A DNA stretch of 64,000 bases from Salpingoeca rosetta (Eukaryota; Protista; Choanoflagellata). Location: assembly GCA_033442325.1 (NCBI GenBank), contig JAWQFM010000009.1:145968-209967 (forward strand), given 5' to 3'. This document shows, piece by piece, positions 1-28,058 of the stretch (position 1 is the stretch's first letter; each line of letters starts with the position of its first letter). The notes below the pieces were generated by a model. The model did no database searches and had not been told where the DNA came from. It saw only the letters and a list, made by a program, of their open reading frames with translations. Made by a program: the position numbers and the translations under genes.

Positions 1-82
1 AAACAACAACAACTTAAACAACTTAAACAACAACTTAAACAACAACAACTTAAACAACAACAACAACAACAACAACAACTCC

Positions 83-113
<31 letters not shown>

Positions 114-158
114 CTACAACAACTTAAACAACAACAACTTAAACAACAACAACAACAA
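1..158. repeat. Compound (CAA)n microsatellite interrupted by CTTAAA units
   Basis: Seen directly (caacaacaacttaaacaac...). The same compound motif recurs at ~56379-56590. Confidence 0.95.
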
Positions 159-213
159 CGCCGGCTCCCGATTCCGCCTCCCATTCAGGTGTCACCACGC
201 CAGAACCCCCGCC

Positions 214-1339
<1,126 letters not shown>

Positions 1340-1648
1340 CTTGAGCAGCCAAGAAGAAGAAGAAGGAACACACTGCCGAGGATCCTGAGAAGCGATGGGA
1401 TGTGGCGGCCACCCACTGCACCACCATCCACTGCCAAACACAAACAAACGTTTCAGTGCTGAATGTCGTATATATCATCAGCTACTTTTCTACAACGGCC
1501 AGCAGAAGAAGACCAAGCAACAAGAAGACGTCCTTTCTCCTCTGCTTGTTTGTTTGCTTGTTTGTTTGCTTGAGGTCTCAACCATCACACCATCGTCGAC
1601 ACCTACATCTGCATCGCATAGCTTCGCCCCGTTTCGATCATCAACATC
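1340..1648. promoter_or_regulatory. Probable bidirectional promoter region between the desaturase (-) and WDR54 (+)
   Basis: Divergent ATGs ~310 bp apart. Inferred from geometry only. Confidence 0.5.
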
Positions 1649-3190
1649 ATGGTGTTCTCACCAAAGGCCAAGCAAGTGAGCTTGGCAGCCAGCGCGGCGT
1701 TACTGCCCAACAACCTCAGTGCTCTTCACACACGTGACTACACCGCCTTTTACTACATTCACAAGTACGATTGGTGCCGTGTGTGTTTGCGCCTGTGCGT
1801 GTGTGTTTGCGCCTGTGCGTGTGTGTTTGTGGGTGTGGGCGTGGGTGTGGGTGTGGGTGAGTGTCTATATCTGTCCATGTCCATGTGTGTGTGTGTGTGT
1901 GTCTGCCTGCCTGCCTGCGTATCTGTCCGTGAGTGTATTTAATTTGTGTTTCTCCCTCCTTCGCCAAAAGCCGGGGTTTTTGTTTTCTGTATTGCGAGCT
2001 CAAATGCATGCATGTGTGTGTGCCGTTCATGACAGCGCTGCCGTGTGGCAAACTGTGCTTGTGGGCGACAAGGAGGAACACAAGCTCATGTGTATGTTGG
2101 ACGAGCTTGCCGCTGTACAACAGGTACACGCAGCTTGTTGTTGTGGCACTCAGGCACCGGCGTCAGCACATTGTGTGCACGCTTGGGGAACAGCGCAGAT
2201 ATTGTGACGTGTGGAATCCTCTCCCCCCCCCCTCTTGTTGCAACTAACAGGTGTTGGCTTGCGTTGGGCTGTAGGCCGTGGTCGTTTCCTGTGCAGGGAC
2301 AGCGCTGGATGAGGACGTGCTGGTGGTGGCCGGCCTCGGGTGTATCCGATTTCAAACCCTAACGGGACAGGAGCTGGCTGTGTTTCAACCAGACGCCTCG
2401 GACTCCGGGGCTGATGGTGAGCTGTTCGAGCGTTTGTTGTGATGCTCTCTCTCCCTCTGTCTCTCTTTACCGGCAGCAGCACGCCCCTCTGAATTTCATT
2501 GATGCATGCATGAATTGACTTATTGCCACCTCGTTTCTCGCTCACTCAACATGTTGGAACGCTGAGCACTCACGCGCGAACGCACACATGCACGCACCTG
2601 CATTCCCGCTTTACACATGTGCAATCATCCAAACACTCACCCACACACACACATATATATATATATACACTCGCACACACATAAACACACGCACACACAC
2701 ACATGTGCGCCACGCGCGACTGCCGTTCCCTCAGATCCAATGTGGTTCCGTGGCATTGCGCACACTGCGCGGGAGATTTTGGTGGGCACGTCGGAGGGGC
2801 AGGTGCTCGTGTTCGACATGAAGACCTTTCAGCTCGATCGGCAGCAGGATGCAGCCAAGAGCCCCATCACCACCATCGCTGCCACCAACAATGTACGCTC
2901 ATGTGTGTGTGTGTGTGTACATGTGTGTGTGTACATGTGTGCATGTGTCTTGAAATGGCATTTCAAGGACACTCTCCAGTCCAACTGTGCAACACCGAAA
3001 CCCCGCCCATCGCCCATTCACACTCAATCTCACACACGCTCTCCAGCTGGTTGCTGTTGCTGAGGAGAGCGGGTGCATTTCGCTGTGGGGACCTGACATG
3101 TCTTTCCACCGCCATCTCATTGGAGGTACAATTGGTAACTGCATATGAATGTGTCACACGCAAGCCAGCACGCGCTATGTCACCACCACC

Positions 3191-3224
<34 letters not shown>

Positions 3225-3383
3225 TCATCATCACCCTTCTTCCCGTTTTATTGTTCCCCCACCCGACCACTCGTATGCACGGATGTATGAACGCAGACCC
3301 CACAGACATCCCTTGCAACTCCATGCGCATTGCGAGTTCGCGGCTTTACTGCGGCATGGAAGATGGAACACTTCGCATCTTCT

Positions 3384-3415
<32 letters not shown>

Positions 3416-4270
3416 CCGTGCCCATGTCCATGTATCTCTGTGTGTCTGTGTGTTGGCTTTGTCTCTTTCCCGCACTGTTTGCCGTCTGTCGTTCCACATG
3501 TCCCCACACTCGCACACTCACTCACTCACACACACACACACACTAGCTTTGACACATTTACGCTGCTGGCCACCGTGCATGCGCACGGCCGCGGCGTGAC
3601 TGCGGTTGACGTCAGCCCAGATGGGCACTTTGTACGTGCACTCCCACACGTGCATGTGTGTGTGTGTCTGTCTGTGTGTGTGTGTGTGTGTCTGTTTGTC
3701 TGTTTGTGTTTCTGTTTGTCTGGTTGTGTTTCTGTTTGTCTGTTTGCGTGTCTGTCTGTCCATTTGCTTCTGTGACACCCGTACAAACTGCTGCTCGAAC
3801 ATGGCGATCATCGTCACGCTTACAACGGTGCGTTCTCACATCACACGTACACGTGCTGGTCTGCAGGTGACGAGCACCGGGCTCGACTGCAAGGCGCAGG
3901 TGTGGCGCATTGGCCTGCCCAAGACAGCAGACACCCCGATCCGTGTTGACCTCGCCTTCACTGCAACGTACGCCAACCACCACGCGTGCCTGTCTTTGCA
4001 GGCATACCCAATCACGTTACCTTTGCCGCCCTTTTGCCGCCCTTGCCTGTCTGCCTGTCGAGTCCCCAACACAAAACAACATCCTGACTCTCTTTCACCT
4101 CACGCACACACAATCCGCGCACACGTTCACACACTATCCGCGCGCACCGATACACTTTGCTGGGCAGGATCAAGGACCGGATGCTGGTTGGCGTTGCGTT
4201 TCTTGGAGACAAGAAGCTTGCCGTCTCCTGCTTTGACTCGTACAAACTCGTCGTCTTCACCAAGTTATAG
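1649..4270 (+). CDS. WDR54: WD40-repeat protein, WDR54 orthologue, ~9 exons
   Basis: Spliced peptides SLAASAALLPNNLS, FRGIAH...ILVGTSEGQVLVFD, SPITTIA, IPCNSMRI...YCGMEDGTLRIF, VHAHGRGVTAVDV, STGLDCKAQVWRI and MLVGVAF...LAVSCFD are collinear with the remembered WDR54 sequence. TAG at 4268-4270. Confidence 0.8.
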
Positions 4271-4457
4271 CACCACACACACACACACTCACACAACACA
4301 CAACACACACACACACACAAAACACACAACACCATCACCAAGCAAGATAATTTGTTGGTGATATTACAAATCTTCATAACTTCGCACCACGAAACTTGAA
4401 CGCACAACAAACAGCAACGGCGACCAACCAACAAACCAACCAACAAACAGCGTGGTG

Positions 4458-17972
<13,515 letters not shown>

Positions 17973-18330
17973 TCGTGTGTATTTGTGTGTATGCACGTAT
18001 GTGTGCATGTGTATGTGTGTGCACGTATGTGTGCATGTGTATGTGTGTGCACGTATGTGTGTATGTGTATGTGTGTGCACGTATGTGTGTATGTGTATGT
18101 GTGTGTTTGTGTGTGTGTGTGTGTGTCCTTTTTGTGTTTCTACACATCCCCTTGCCTGTACGTCAGCTTGTGTTATATCTATGCTGTGTCTGCAACCAAT
18201 AGTGCACGTTGTCTGCTGCAGCTGTCTTGCGCTTTTATTATTTCGTTTGCATGATGTTAGAGTAAAGCGACATGTGACCGCAGCACCCGCACCATCAACA
18301 CCACCTTCACCACCAACATCACCATCACGG

Positions 18331-19723
18331 TCATGCAGCACTCGCAGCGATGTTTGCCAGCGCACGTGCGTATTGAGTGCGCGTCCATGAGTTGGCAATG
18401 GCATGGCACTGCCGCTGTCGTTCGTGCTTCTCTGCATCGGGCAGCGCGAGAAATGCACGGATGCGGGCAGCGCACGCTTGTGGGTTGGTGACGTCGCATA
18501 ACAGCAGCGGGAGCGAACCAGGTATCGACGGCATCGAGGAAGAGGGTGCACATGCAAGCGTTGATGTCTCGACAACGCCCACCAGGGCCGTGTCTGTGTC
18601 AGGTCTGTTTGTTGTTGTGGTTGCGGATGCCTCGGCGTGGTGTGTGTGGCGTTGGCTGGTGAGGGCTGCGGCGGTGGTACGAAACAGATCCACAGCGCCA
18701 ACGGTGCCATCATCCGACACGAGCGACACTGCACCGCAAGCCGCCGCCTCCACGATTGTCATGCCAAAGGCGTCATGCAGGGACGGGTGCACGTTGATCA
18801 CAGTCTCGCGGAAGAGTTGTTGGAGTGCACGGGCGTCCAGGAACCTGTTGATGACTTGGCAGTTTGGACTGGTGGACCGAAGCGCCTGTCGCACGGCGGT
18901 TGCGTAATCGGCATCAGCGACGGCACCACAGAGCGTGGGAACGATGTTGTGCCGGCGCAGGTCCTCGCGCAAATGTGCCACCATCTCAGCAAACCGCATT
19001 GCCCCCTTCTCTGGGGACAGCCGCACGCAACACAGCAGCCGGCGCACGTGTGGTGCCGACTGAGGTTGCCGGGACTCCCCGTTGTTGGTGGTGGTAGTTT
19101 TGATGGTGCTGGTGGCAGGTGCACTTGTGCTGGTGCTGGTGCTGGTGCTCGCTGGTGTTGTTGTCGCCATTTGATCCGTACACCGGCTGTCTACAATGCT
19201 GCTTGTGACAGTCGTAGCTGGCTCAGGCAAGTGTGCAAACTCGTGGCGAAGCGGTGGGTACAGCACGTGGATGTGGCGGCCTGGGTGCTGGGACACTGAT
19301 GGCTCCTGTGTCGCTGACGAGGTTCTTGTGTGACGCAGCCGCTGCAAAGCGAGTTTGTCTGCGCAGGACAGGCATATGGTCTTTGGTGCCAGCTCAAGAC
19401 TCGCCTGTGATAAGAGGGCGCACATGTGACACATGCGGTTGTGCTGGCAACAACAAGGAGAGGCATCGTCTGTTTTCAACCACAGACACATGTCCATGTG
19501 CGCAAGCACGTGAACACAGCACACACAGACACACGCATGCACGTACACACAAGAAGTGTACCAACATACCCGCTCATGTTTGATGTAAAAGGCCTCGTCA
19601 TCCGGGTGTTCGTGGAGTTCTGTGCTTGCTGCGAACGTGCGAAAGCACAAGAATGTCCAATTGTGAAACGGCAGCTGCCGCACGGTTGCCAGTGTCGTCC
19701 AATCCACAAACAGGCCTGTCGCA

Positions 19724-19791
<68 letters not shown>

Positions 19792-20365
19792 GTGTGTGTG
19801 TTTGTTTGTGTGTTGGATGCTTGTTTGTGTGTTGGATGCTTGTTTGTGTGTTGGATGTGTGTGTGTGTGTGTTGGATGTGTGTTGGATGTGTGTTGGATG
19901 TGTGTTCGCTTGCTGTGCAGAAAGTGCGTCGCTTGGTGAGAAACAACCTCAGACAAGGGGCGGTGAGTCGCTGAGACAACGTACAGGTGGTGGGGCTGAA
20001 GGCCTTGATGCGTTCAATCACATGCGGTGTGACTCCATGCGCCATCTCTTCCCAGTGGCCATACCGGTCCAACCGCCGCCACCTGCAGGCACATGTTCGG
20101 CAAGTCAGAGGTGATGAGCAGCAGGGAGAGGCTGGTGACACAAACGAGTTTGGTGCGTTGGAGTGCTTGCGTACCATTCCATTACACGACATCACACAGG
20201 CACGGAGACGCCTGCACGCTTACGCTTACGTTGTCACGGGGATGGTCACCACGTGTGTTGCTCCATGACAGGGAAAAGTGGTGGGTGGGTCAGCGTCCTT
20301 TGGACGGGCGCACAGCACGAACACACTGTGACCAATGGAGTGCAGCCCTTCGCACAACGACCTAA

Positions 20366-20452
<87 letters not shown>

Positions 20453-20666
20453 GAGCCAACATCGCTGTGTGTGGAATCTGCTTGTGTGTCGTAGTCCTCT
20501 CCCCAAACCTACACTCCCCCCCCCCCACCCCATCTCCTTCCAGCTCTTCACCCTCCTCGCCAGCACCTCGAAAGACGTACCGACTCAGCACCCCATTCCC
20601 GCTGAAGATGGGATCAACAAACTCGGCCGTCACCACCAACACCCGCAGCCGCTCACAAGCGCTCAT
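18331..20666 (-). CDS. GT-B fold glycosyltransferase, family GT4-like, ~5 exons
   Basis: N-terminal RVLVVTAEF.DPIFSGNGV...SLCEGLHSIGHSVFVL; C-terminal CVRLSPEKG and VHPSLHDAFGMTIVEAAACG (D/E-x7-E motif). Confidence 0.85.
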
Positions 20667-20849
20667 CTCTGGTTCGTGCTGGTTCCTTTCTCGTTCTCCT
20701 TGAAAGTCCTACATCAAATTAGAACGCGATTTACTTTGCCATGCACGACAAGGAAAGCCACTCACACTTACACTCACAAACCCAAACAGCCTCATTCAGT
20801 ATGCACAGCTGCGTGTCTTCTACTTCTTCTTTCTTCTTCATTAACATGA

Positions 20850-23576
20850 TCATGCTGGTGGAGGTGGTGGCGAAGAGGCAGGGTAAGCTATGCTGGGAAA
20901 GGATGTGTTGAAAGCACGAGCGCTGTTATGGTTGTTGTAGTGGTCGCTTCCTCCGCCTCGCTGATGATGTTGTTGTGAGTGGTGCCGCCTTCCGGCTCTA
21001 TTGCTGTTGCGGGCTGCTCCCCCATTCACGCCAGCGGCACCATGCGAAGGGGAGCGGGAGGATCCCGCTTGCTTCTTCGGCTGCGACAGCGCCTTTTCCA
21101 GCTTCCTCCACAACTGCATGTGTGAGTGTGTGACTGGTGAGCCATGTGGGAAACACATACAAGCATACAGACATACATACAAAGCAATTGAAAGAGGCAA
21201 CACGCATGATAACCTGTGCTTCTCTCGTGCGTGCAAGTTGTGCTTCCCTCTTCCCTCCCCAGCGCTTTCCCGCACACGATCATGACCACGCAGTACCTGC
21301 TCCCGATGCTGTCTCTTCTGCTGCCTTCGCATGGCTAGCTGTGAGTGTGACATGGCCTGAAGCTGACTCTCCAACTCCCTGACACGCTGTCGCAATCGCG
21401 CCTTTTCCTCAACCTGGTCCCGTAATGACTCCATCTGCACCTGCACCACGGCAAGCTCTGTAACACGCCCAGCACAAGCAAGCGAAGGCAGCAAGCAAGG
21501 CGTCAGCATTGCGGGTGCTGACTGGATAATGACCTCTCGGCAACGATGAGCGTGATGTAGTCTGAAGGCACCAGCCCTCACGTGCCTAACAAGCCGAAAT
21601 GCACACAAACAGACAGACAAAGCTAATGCCAGCAAGGCGAGGGTAATAGCCTCTCGCACGCAATGGCAACAGATCCTCTCGCCCCTCACCCAACACACAC
21701 ACACACACACATGGCACGCACGTTGGTCCCGTTGCGTAAGCTGCTTCTCCAGTTTGGCGTTGATCTGTTGTAAGAGAGGGTAGCCGTTCGTGCAGTGCAT
21801 AGAGGGGGGGGGGGATTGATGAGTCCGAACAAGGGAACACGAAGACTGGAGGAGAACGGGGAGAGCAAGGAGGAGGGTGTATTCACAGCACACGGCAGTG
21901 GGAGGAAGCGCCCAGCCCTCACCAGTCAACCAGTCAACCAGTCAACTACCAGTCAACCAGTCAACCGCGCATCTGGACATAGATACACACACACACACAA
22001 TCACATACGTTCACAAACACACACACACATACACACACCATCACATACATGCACGTACATTCACAAACATACACACACGCACGCATGCACGCACGCACAC
22101 ACACACGCACGCACGCACATACACACACATACACATTCACACACAGACACACACATGCATGCGCACACATGCACAAGGCGGCACGACCTCTCGTAAGCGG
22201 GCCAGCTCCTTGACGTCCACGCGGGCTTGGATGGGATCTGTGGTCTTGGACGAGCGTGGTGAGCCCGAGGTGCGTGACCGTGACATGGTGGATGCAGACG
22301 TCATGGCTGTTGATCGAGTGCCAGTCCCAGCAAACCCGCCACTCAAGTCTGTTCTTCGCAACCGCGACTGCGTCGTCAGCTGCTGTTGTTGCTGTGTAGC
22401 TTTCCTGTCGCACGGTTGGCAGCAGGAAGATGAGGGAGATGGGGGCATGAGCGTAATGTGCTGGTGAGAAACGAAGGATGTGGATGACGGTGGAAAGACG
22501 TGAACTGCCTTGCAAGAAACACGACCGCGAAGCAAGCCAACGAGGTGACATGCACGGTGACTCGGGCACGCACATGCCCTACATCCATCCACACACGCTA
22601 CAAACCACACACACACACACTCATTCACACACACACACATACACACATGAGCAAATCGGCGTACCGTTTTTGAAGGGACGCGGCATCAAGCTGAGTCTGC
22701 AGCGTTGCAATGCGCTTCTTCAGACTCGAAGTGTGATCCTCCAAATACTGTACCCGTTGTTTATGAAGCAGTGCACGCTTCACCGTGGCTTCCAAGTGAT
22801 CTGCAGCCAATCAAGACACAGGCATGAGGCAGTCGTTAAAACCATCGTGCAGAGCTGCTGGCAACAGCACGACGATGTTAAACCTAAACAGAGGAAACAG
22901 AACTGCATTTGCAGATGAATGACTGTAGCACTGAGAAATAGAAGGGATGATGATGATGGCCAACGCCAACATCAACATCTCAATGCCAACACGGACGCCA
23001 ACGCAGTAAGCACGTACCAGCCAATGCGTCCACTTCCTTGCGCGAGTCCCACGTCTTGCGGCGCTCCGTTGCAAGCTCCAGCTCCAGCTCAAGCGACTGC
23101 TGCAAGCAAGCAAGGCACGACTCCCTATCAACCACGGGAAAGCGCAAACAGCATGAATAGTGTGTGAATAGTGTGTTGGGGTGTGGATGAGAGGAGGCAG
23201 AGGCAACAACAAGCAGGGAAGAGAAGAGAAGAGAAGAGAAAGAGAAACGTTCTTTCTAGTTTTCTATCTTTCCAACACGCTAGCAAGCTGGCAAGGCTCA
23301 GCAACCCCACCACGCAAGTGAGTACACTGCATGTGGGCAGCCGCATGCAAGTGCACAAGCTGCATGTGCTGCTGACCTCATGGTTTCCCAACAGCCCTCA
23401 GGACAGGCGCTTTCAATCTCCGCGTACAAGTCGCGAATCATGCCTGCAAGCACGCCACCTTCCGAGTTTGAGGTCAGCATCGCAGCTGCGGTGTCTGCCT
23501 CGCTGTCTTCAACATCCCCGTTTTCCTGTTGCCACGTCGGCGTTTCAGCTGGTGCGCTCTTCTCTCGCGTCCCCAT
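20850..23576 (-). CDS. Uncharacterised coiled-coil protein, ~7 exons
   Basis: Spliceable exons with heptad-like segments (KQRVQYLEDHTSSLKKRIATLQTQLD; MESLRDQVEEKARLRQRVRELESQLQ). No family recognised. Confidence 0.6.
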
Positions 23577-23722
23577 GATGGTGCTGGCTGGATGTTGATG
23601 TTGTTGTTTGTGTTGTTGGGGTGTTGTTCTGTTTGTGTTGTGGTGGGGCTTTGGTTGGTTGGTAATGACGATTATGGACGATATTAGACACTTTTCGTCA
23701 TCCGCCAGCAACTCGAACAACG
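23577..23722. promoter_or_regulatory. Probable bidirectional promoter region (146 bp between divergent ATGs)
   Basis: Head-to-head start codons of the coiled-coil gene (-) and PRKCSH (+). Inferred from geometry only. Confidence 0.55.
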
Positions 23723-25537
23723 ATGATGAAGCTGCTGACGTGCACTGCTGTGGTGTTGGTGCTGGTGGCTGTGGCTGTCTTTGGCCACGGTGCAACCGCT
23801 GCCCCGTCCTTCCGAGGAGCAAAGCCACAAGGTCTGCGTGCGTGTGTACGTGTGTATGTGTGTGTGTATGTGTACGTGTATGTACGTGTGCGTGTGTGCG
23901 TGTGTGTGCGTGTGCGTGTGTGTGTGTGTGTGTGCGTGTGTGCGTGTATGTGTGTATGTGTGCGTGTGCATGTGTGTGTGCATGTGTGTGTGTGTGTCTC
24001 GCTCATGTACCTGGTTTATTCCCATTTACACGCCCGCACAGACACACACACTCTCTCTCACACGTACTCACACCCTCACACGTAATCTCTCACACACAAC
24101 ACACACAAACACACATGCGTGCACGCCCCACGCTAGACCTCCACCGCTATGAAGATGCAAAGGACAAATTCACGTGCTTTGACGGAAGCGCCAGCATCCC
24201 TGTCACGGCCATCAACGATGACTTCTGCGACTGCGCCGACGGCAGTGACGAGCCAGGTGCATTCCTTCCCCCCCCCCCAGCACGCACACACGCACATGTC
24301 TAGTGTCCCTTTGAGTGCGCGTCCACATGCTCACCTCCCCAACTCACTCACTCACACACACACATACGCACACTTACACACACACGCACACACGCTGGCA
24401 GGGACGTCTGCCTGCTCCAACGGCCAGTTCTACTGCGCCAACAAGCTGCACACGCCGCTCTTGCTTCGGTCGACGCGCGTGAACGATGGTGTCTGTGACT
24501 GCTGCGATGGAACAGATGAGTACAACGGCCTGATCCTGTGCGAGAACACCTGTGAAGAGGCTGGCCGTGCCGCCCGAGAGGAGGCAGAGCGCATGCGCCG
24601 TGTACAACGCGAAGGCTTTGCTCAGAAGCAGACACTCATCCAGCAAGGGCAACAAGCCAAGCAGGTGTGTGTGTGTGTGTGTTTGTAGAATGGGGGGGGG
24701 GTATGCTTACGTGTCGTCTGTGTGTGTGCGCGCGTCTGTCTGTCTGTGTATCTATGCTGTTGTGCGCGCGCCTGTGTCTGTGCGTACCTGCGGTTCCACG
24801 ATCTAGTGCATCTTTTGTGCCACAGGAAGGTTGTGCAGACGACGTTGCATGTCGACGGCGTCCGCTCTGTCGGAATGCTCCGTGGCATCAAGTGTTCGCA
24901 AACACGCCTGACGCGTGTTGTTGAATGGTGGCTCTTTGCACACAGGAGAAAGCCGCGCGCAAGGCGCAGCTGGAGCAGGAGGTGGAGGAGGTTGCCCGCA
25001 AGGTGGATGACCTTGAGCAGAAGAAGATGGACGTGGAGACCCCAGAGCGGGAGGCCAAGGAGAAGTTTGATGCCACCTGGAAAGGTCTGCATGCGTGTGT
25101 GTGTTTGGGTGTGCTCTGTTTGTCTGTTTGTGTGTGTCTGTGTGTCTGTGTGCTTGCTGTAGGGGTGAATGTAGCGTGTGTGCTTGTCTCGTGTGTGTAT
25201 GTGTGAGTGTGTTTGTCTATCTCTGTCGTGTGCCACACTTTGTCCGCCTACCCTCCTGTCCCCTTTCATGCCCACGCTTGTCACTGCTGTGCGTGATGAG
25301 ACTCGCCCATTCCCATGTACCATCCTCCGCGTTGCAGAGACCGTGGCTGCCCAGGCAAACCGCGCCAAGCGCTGGCTCTTTGATCTCCTCGACATCAACA
25401 AGGACGCCGTTATCACCCTCGAGGAAGCAAAGCAGGTACGACGTGTGCTCCCGTGTGTGTCTGATTCATGACATCTCACACACTCCGCAACACACACTCT
25501 CACACACAAGCACAAACACACACCCTCTCTCTCACTT

Positions 25538-25628
<91 letters not shown>

Positions 25629-26771
25629 CACACATGTACACCTGCAGCACCCCGAGTTTGATGAGGACAAGGACGGTGCCGTGTCGGAGGAGGAGCTCAT
25701 GTCTGTGTTTGACGACGACGACGACAGCGCGCTGAGCGACGAAGAGGCGCAGGTGACCTTTGAGTTCTTCACGGAGAGCATCTACCCCGACATCAAGTCT
25801 CGCTTTTCGGAGCGGGAGGGCGCAGTGAAGGAGCACACGGACGCAGACAAGCCCCCATATGACGAGGACATCCAAGCCCTCATCTCAGGTTCACACAAGG
25901 CCGCCTGCCTGCTTGTGTTCGTGTATGTGTGTGCCTGTGCGTTTTGTTGTGTGTGTTGTGTGCGTTGTGTTGTGTGTGTTGTGTGCGTTTTGTTGTGTGT
26001 GTTGTGTGCATTTTGTTGTGTTGTGTGCGAACGCGTGCACGTGCGCGTTTCGTGTGTGAGCATCTACCACAACATGCATGTCTACTGCTCAAGAAATGCA
26101 TAGCAAGCTCATGCACGTGCCCTTGCCCTTAATTCGCAACATCCCCCCCCACCACTCCTTTTCGCAACTGCCGCTGTTGTTTAGCTGCCGAGGAGGCGCG
26201 CCAGGCGTTCACGGCGGCGGAGAACCAGCGCCTGGACCTCCAGCGCGAGCTAGAGACAATCGAGAAGCACCTTGGCGTACGTAGCAGGCCGGTTGAGGGG
26301 GATGGATGGTGCGAACGTGTGTGTGTGCGTGTGTGTGGGTGGGTGGGTGGGTATCTGTGCGTCTGTGTGAAGGATGCATGCATGTGATGAGTGTGGCATG
26401 CGTTTCCACGCGCAAGAATCACCAGTTCATTGCCGTGCCAATGTCCACCTCCTCTTTGGGTTTGCAGTTTGATGTCGGGCACCACAGCGAGTTCTTCCCT
26501 TTGCTTGAGGAGTGCTTCGACATTGTGGATCGCGAGTGAGTGCATGGTCCTGCATGAGCCTGCTTGTGCACATTGAGAGAGAGTGTGTGTGTGTGTGTGC
26601 GCGCGCGCGTGTGTGTGTACATGTGCGTGCGTGTGTGTGTGTGTGTGTACATGTGCGTGCGTGTGTGCGTGTGTGCGTGTGTGCTTTTGTATTTCCCTGC
26701 TTGCGTTCCTACGCTCCCTTTCTCTTACTTCGCCCGCGTGTGTGCTTTCGTTGCTGCCACCCAACATAACC

Positions 26772-26804
<33 letters not shown>

Positions 26805-27859
26805 ACACACACACACTGACATGTGTCTGTCCTGCCTCCTCTGAACAGGTACCGGTACAAGCTCTGCATGTTCGATCGCGTGACACAGGAGCCGAAGAAC
26901 GGCGGCCGCTCCACCAGCCTTGGGTAACCCCCCCCGGACGCACTTGTTTGTTTGCCTGTGAATTTTGTCTGTCTGTGCGTCTTTCTATCTGTATGTCTAC
27001 CTGTCTCGTGTGCTGTGTACCCATCTCTGTCTTCGCGCGTGCGTTTGTGTGTTGACCTGTGATAGCGGCTGCGTGTGCGCTCAACATCCTCGAACACCCT
27101 CAACCTCACCGCATCTCCCGCCCGGCCCTCTCTCCTCTTTGGCCTGGTTGCACGCTTAAGGTCATGGCAAGGATGGGAGACGGAAGCAGGGCAGCCCAAC
27201 TATTCGCAGGCGACGTTTGCCCACGGCGAAAAGTGCTGGAACGGCCCAGAACGATCTACACAGGTGGGTTGCATAGCGCCCGCACACAGTCTTGCCTGGC
27301 AACACGCCCGTACATGCATGCTTACTTCTCTCGGCCCCATGCTCATTTGCACAAACACGCCACACACGCGCGCACACAGGTGATGTTCGTTTGTGGAACA
27401 GAGACCAAGGTGGTTGAAGTTGGTGAGCCGAACCGCTGCGAGTATATGATGCGGTAAGTCGTCCTTGTGGCATGCGCAACACTCATCCTCGAGTGTCAGT
27501 CATTACCATCCTGTGATAATATTTCACGTGGTGCTCCTTCAAATTTTTCCCGCTCTTGGATTATTTGTTTTGTTTTTACTTGGCCCGCACGCGCAGCTTC
27601 TCCCACTTGCCACAGCACTCGAGCCAGCAGATGAAGCTTTCCTCTCACTCACATCCTTCCCATTGGCCACACACACGCACACACACACACATGCACACCA
27701 CAACCCACACAACCCAATTAACAACGATCATCGACCGATCAATCGATTGCCCTGCACGTCCTTGTGGCCACGCCACGTCGACGAAGGGTTGAGACGCCTG
27801 CGGCCTGTGCTGCTCCCACGTCAGAAGGCGAGGAGGGGCGCCAGCACGACGAGCTGTGA
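23723..27859 (+). CDS. PRKCSH: Glucosidase II beta subunit (PRKCSH/80K-H)
   Basis: Signal peptide; FTCFDGS...[20 protein letters not shown]...[14 protein letters not shown]; coiled coil; EF-hand-like loops [12 protein letters not shown] and [12 protein letters not shown]; MRH domain ([25 protein letters not shown]); C-terminal HDEL then stop. Confidence 0.96.
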
Positions 27860-28058
27860 TGACTTCTGTTGGCGTGACAGTAAAATTTCGATTTCGCGCT
27901 CGTAACGGCCCAGCACTACACCCCTCTCCTCTTGAAAATTGGTGGGAAAATTGAAAGAAGGAAAAACCTCCACACTCACATCGCACCTTGTCTGCTTTCC
28001 ACAACAAAGCACCCGCAGCAAGCACGCAAGTAAGCAAGAAAGAAGCAAGCAAGCAAGC

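Noticed and set aside
1-158. Possible telomeric repeat at the window start
   Set aside because: Irregular CAA-based unit, not TTAGGG-like, and the same motif occurs inside an intron at 56379.
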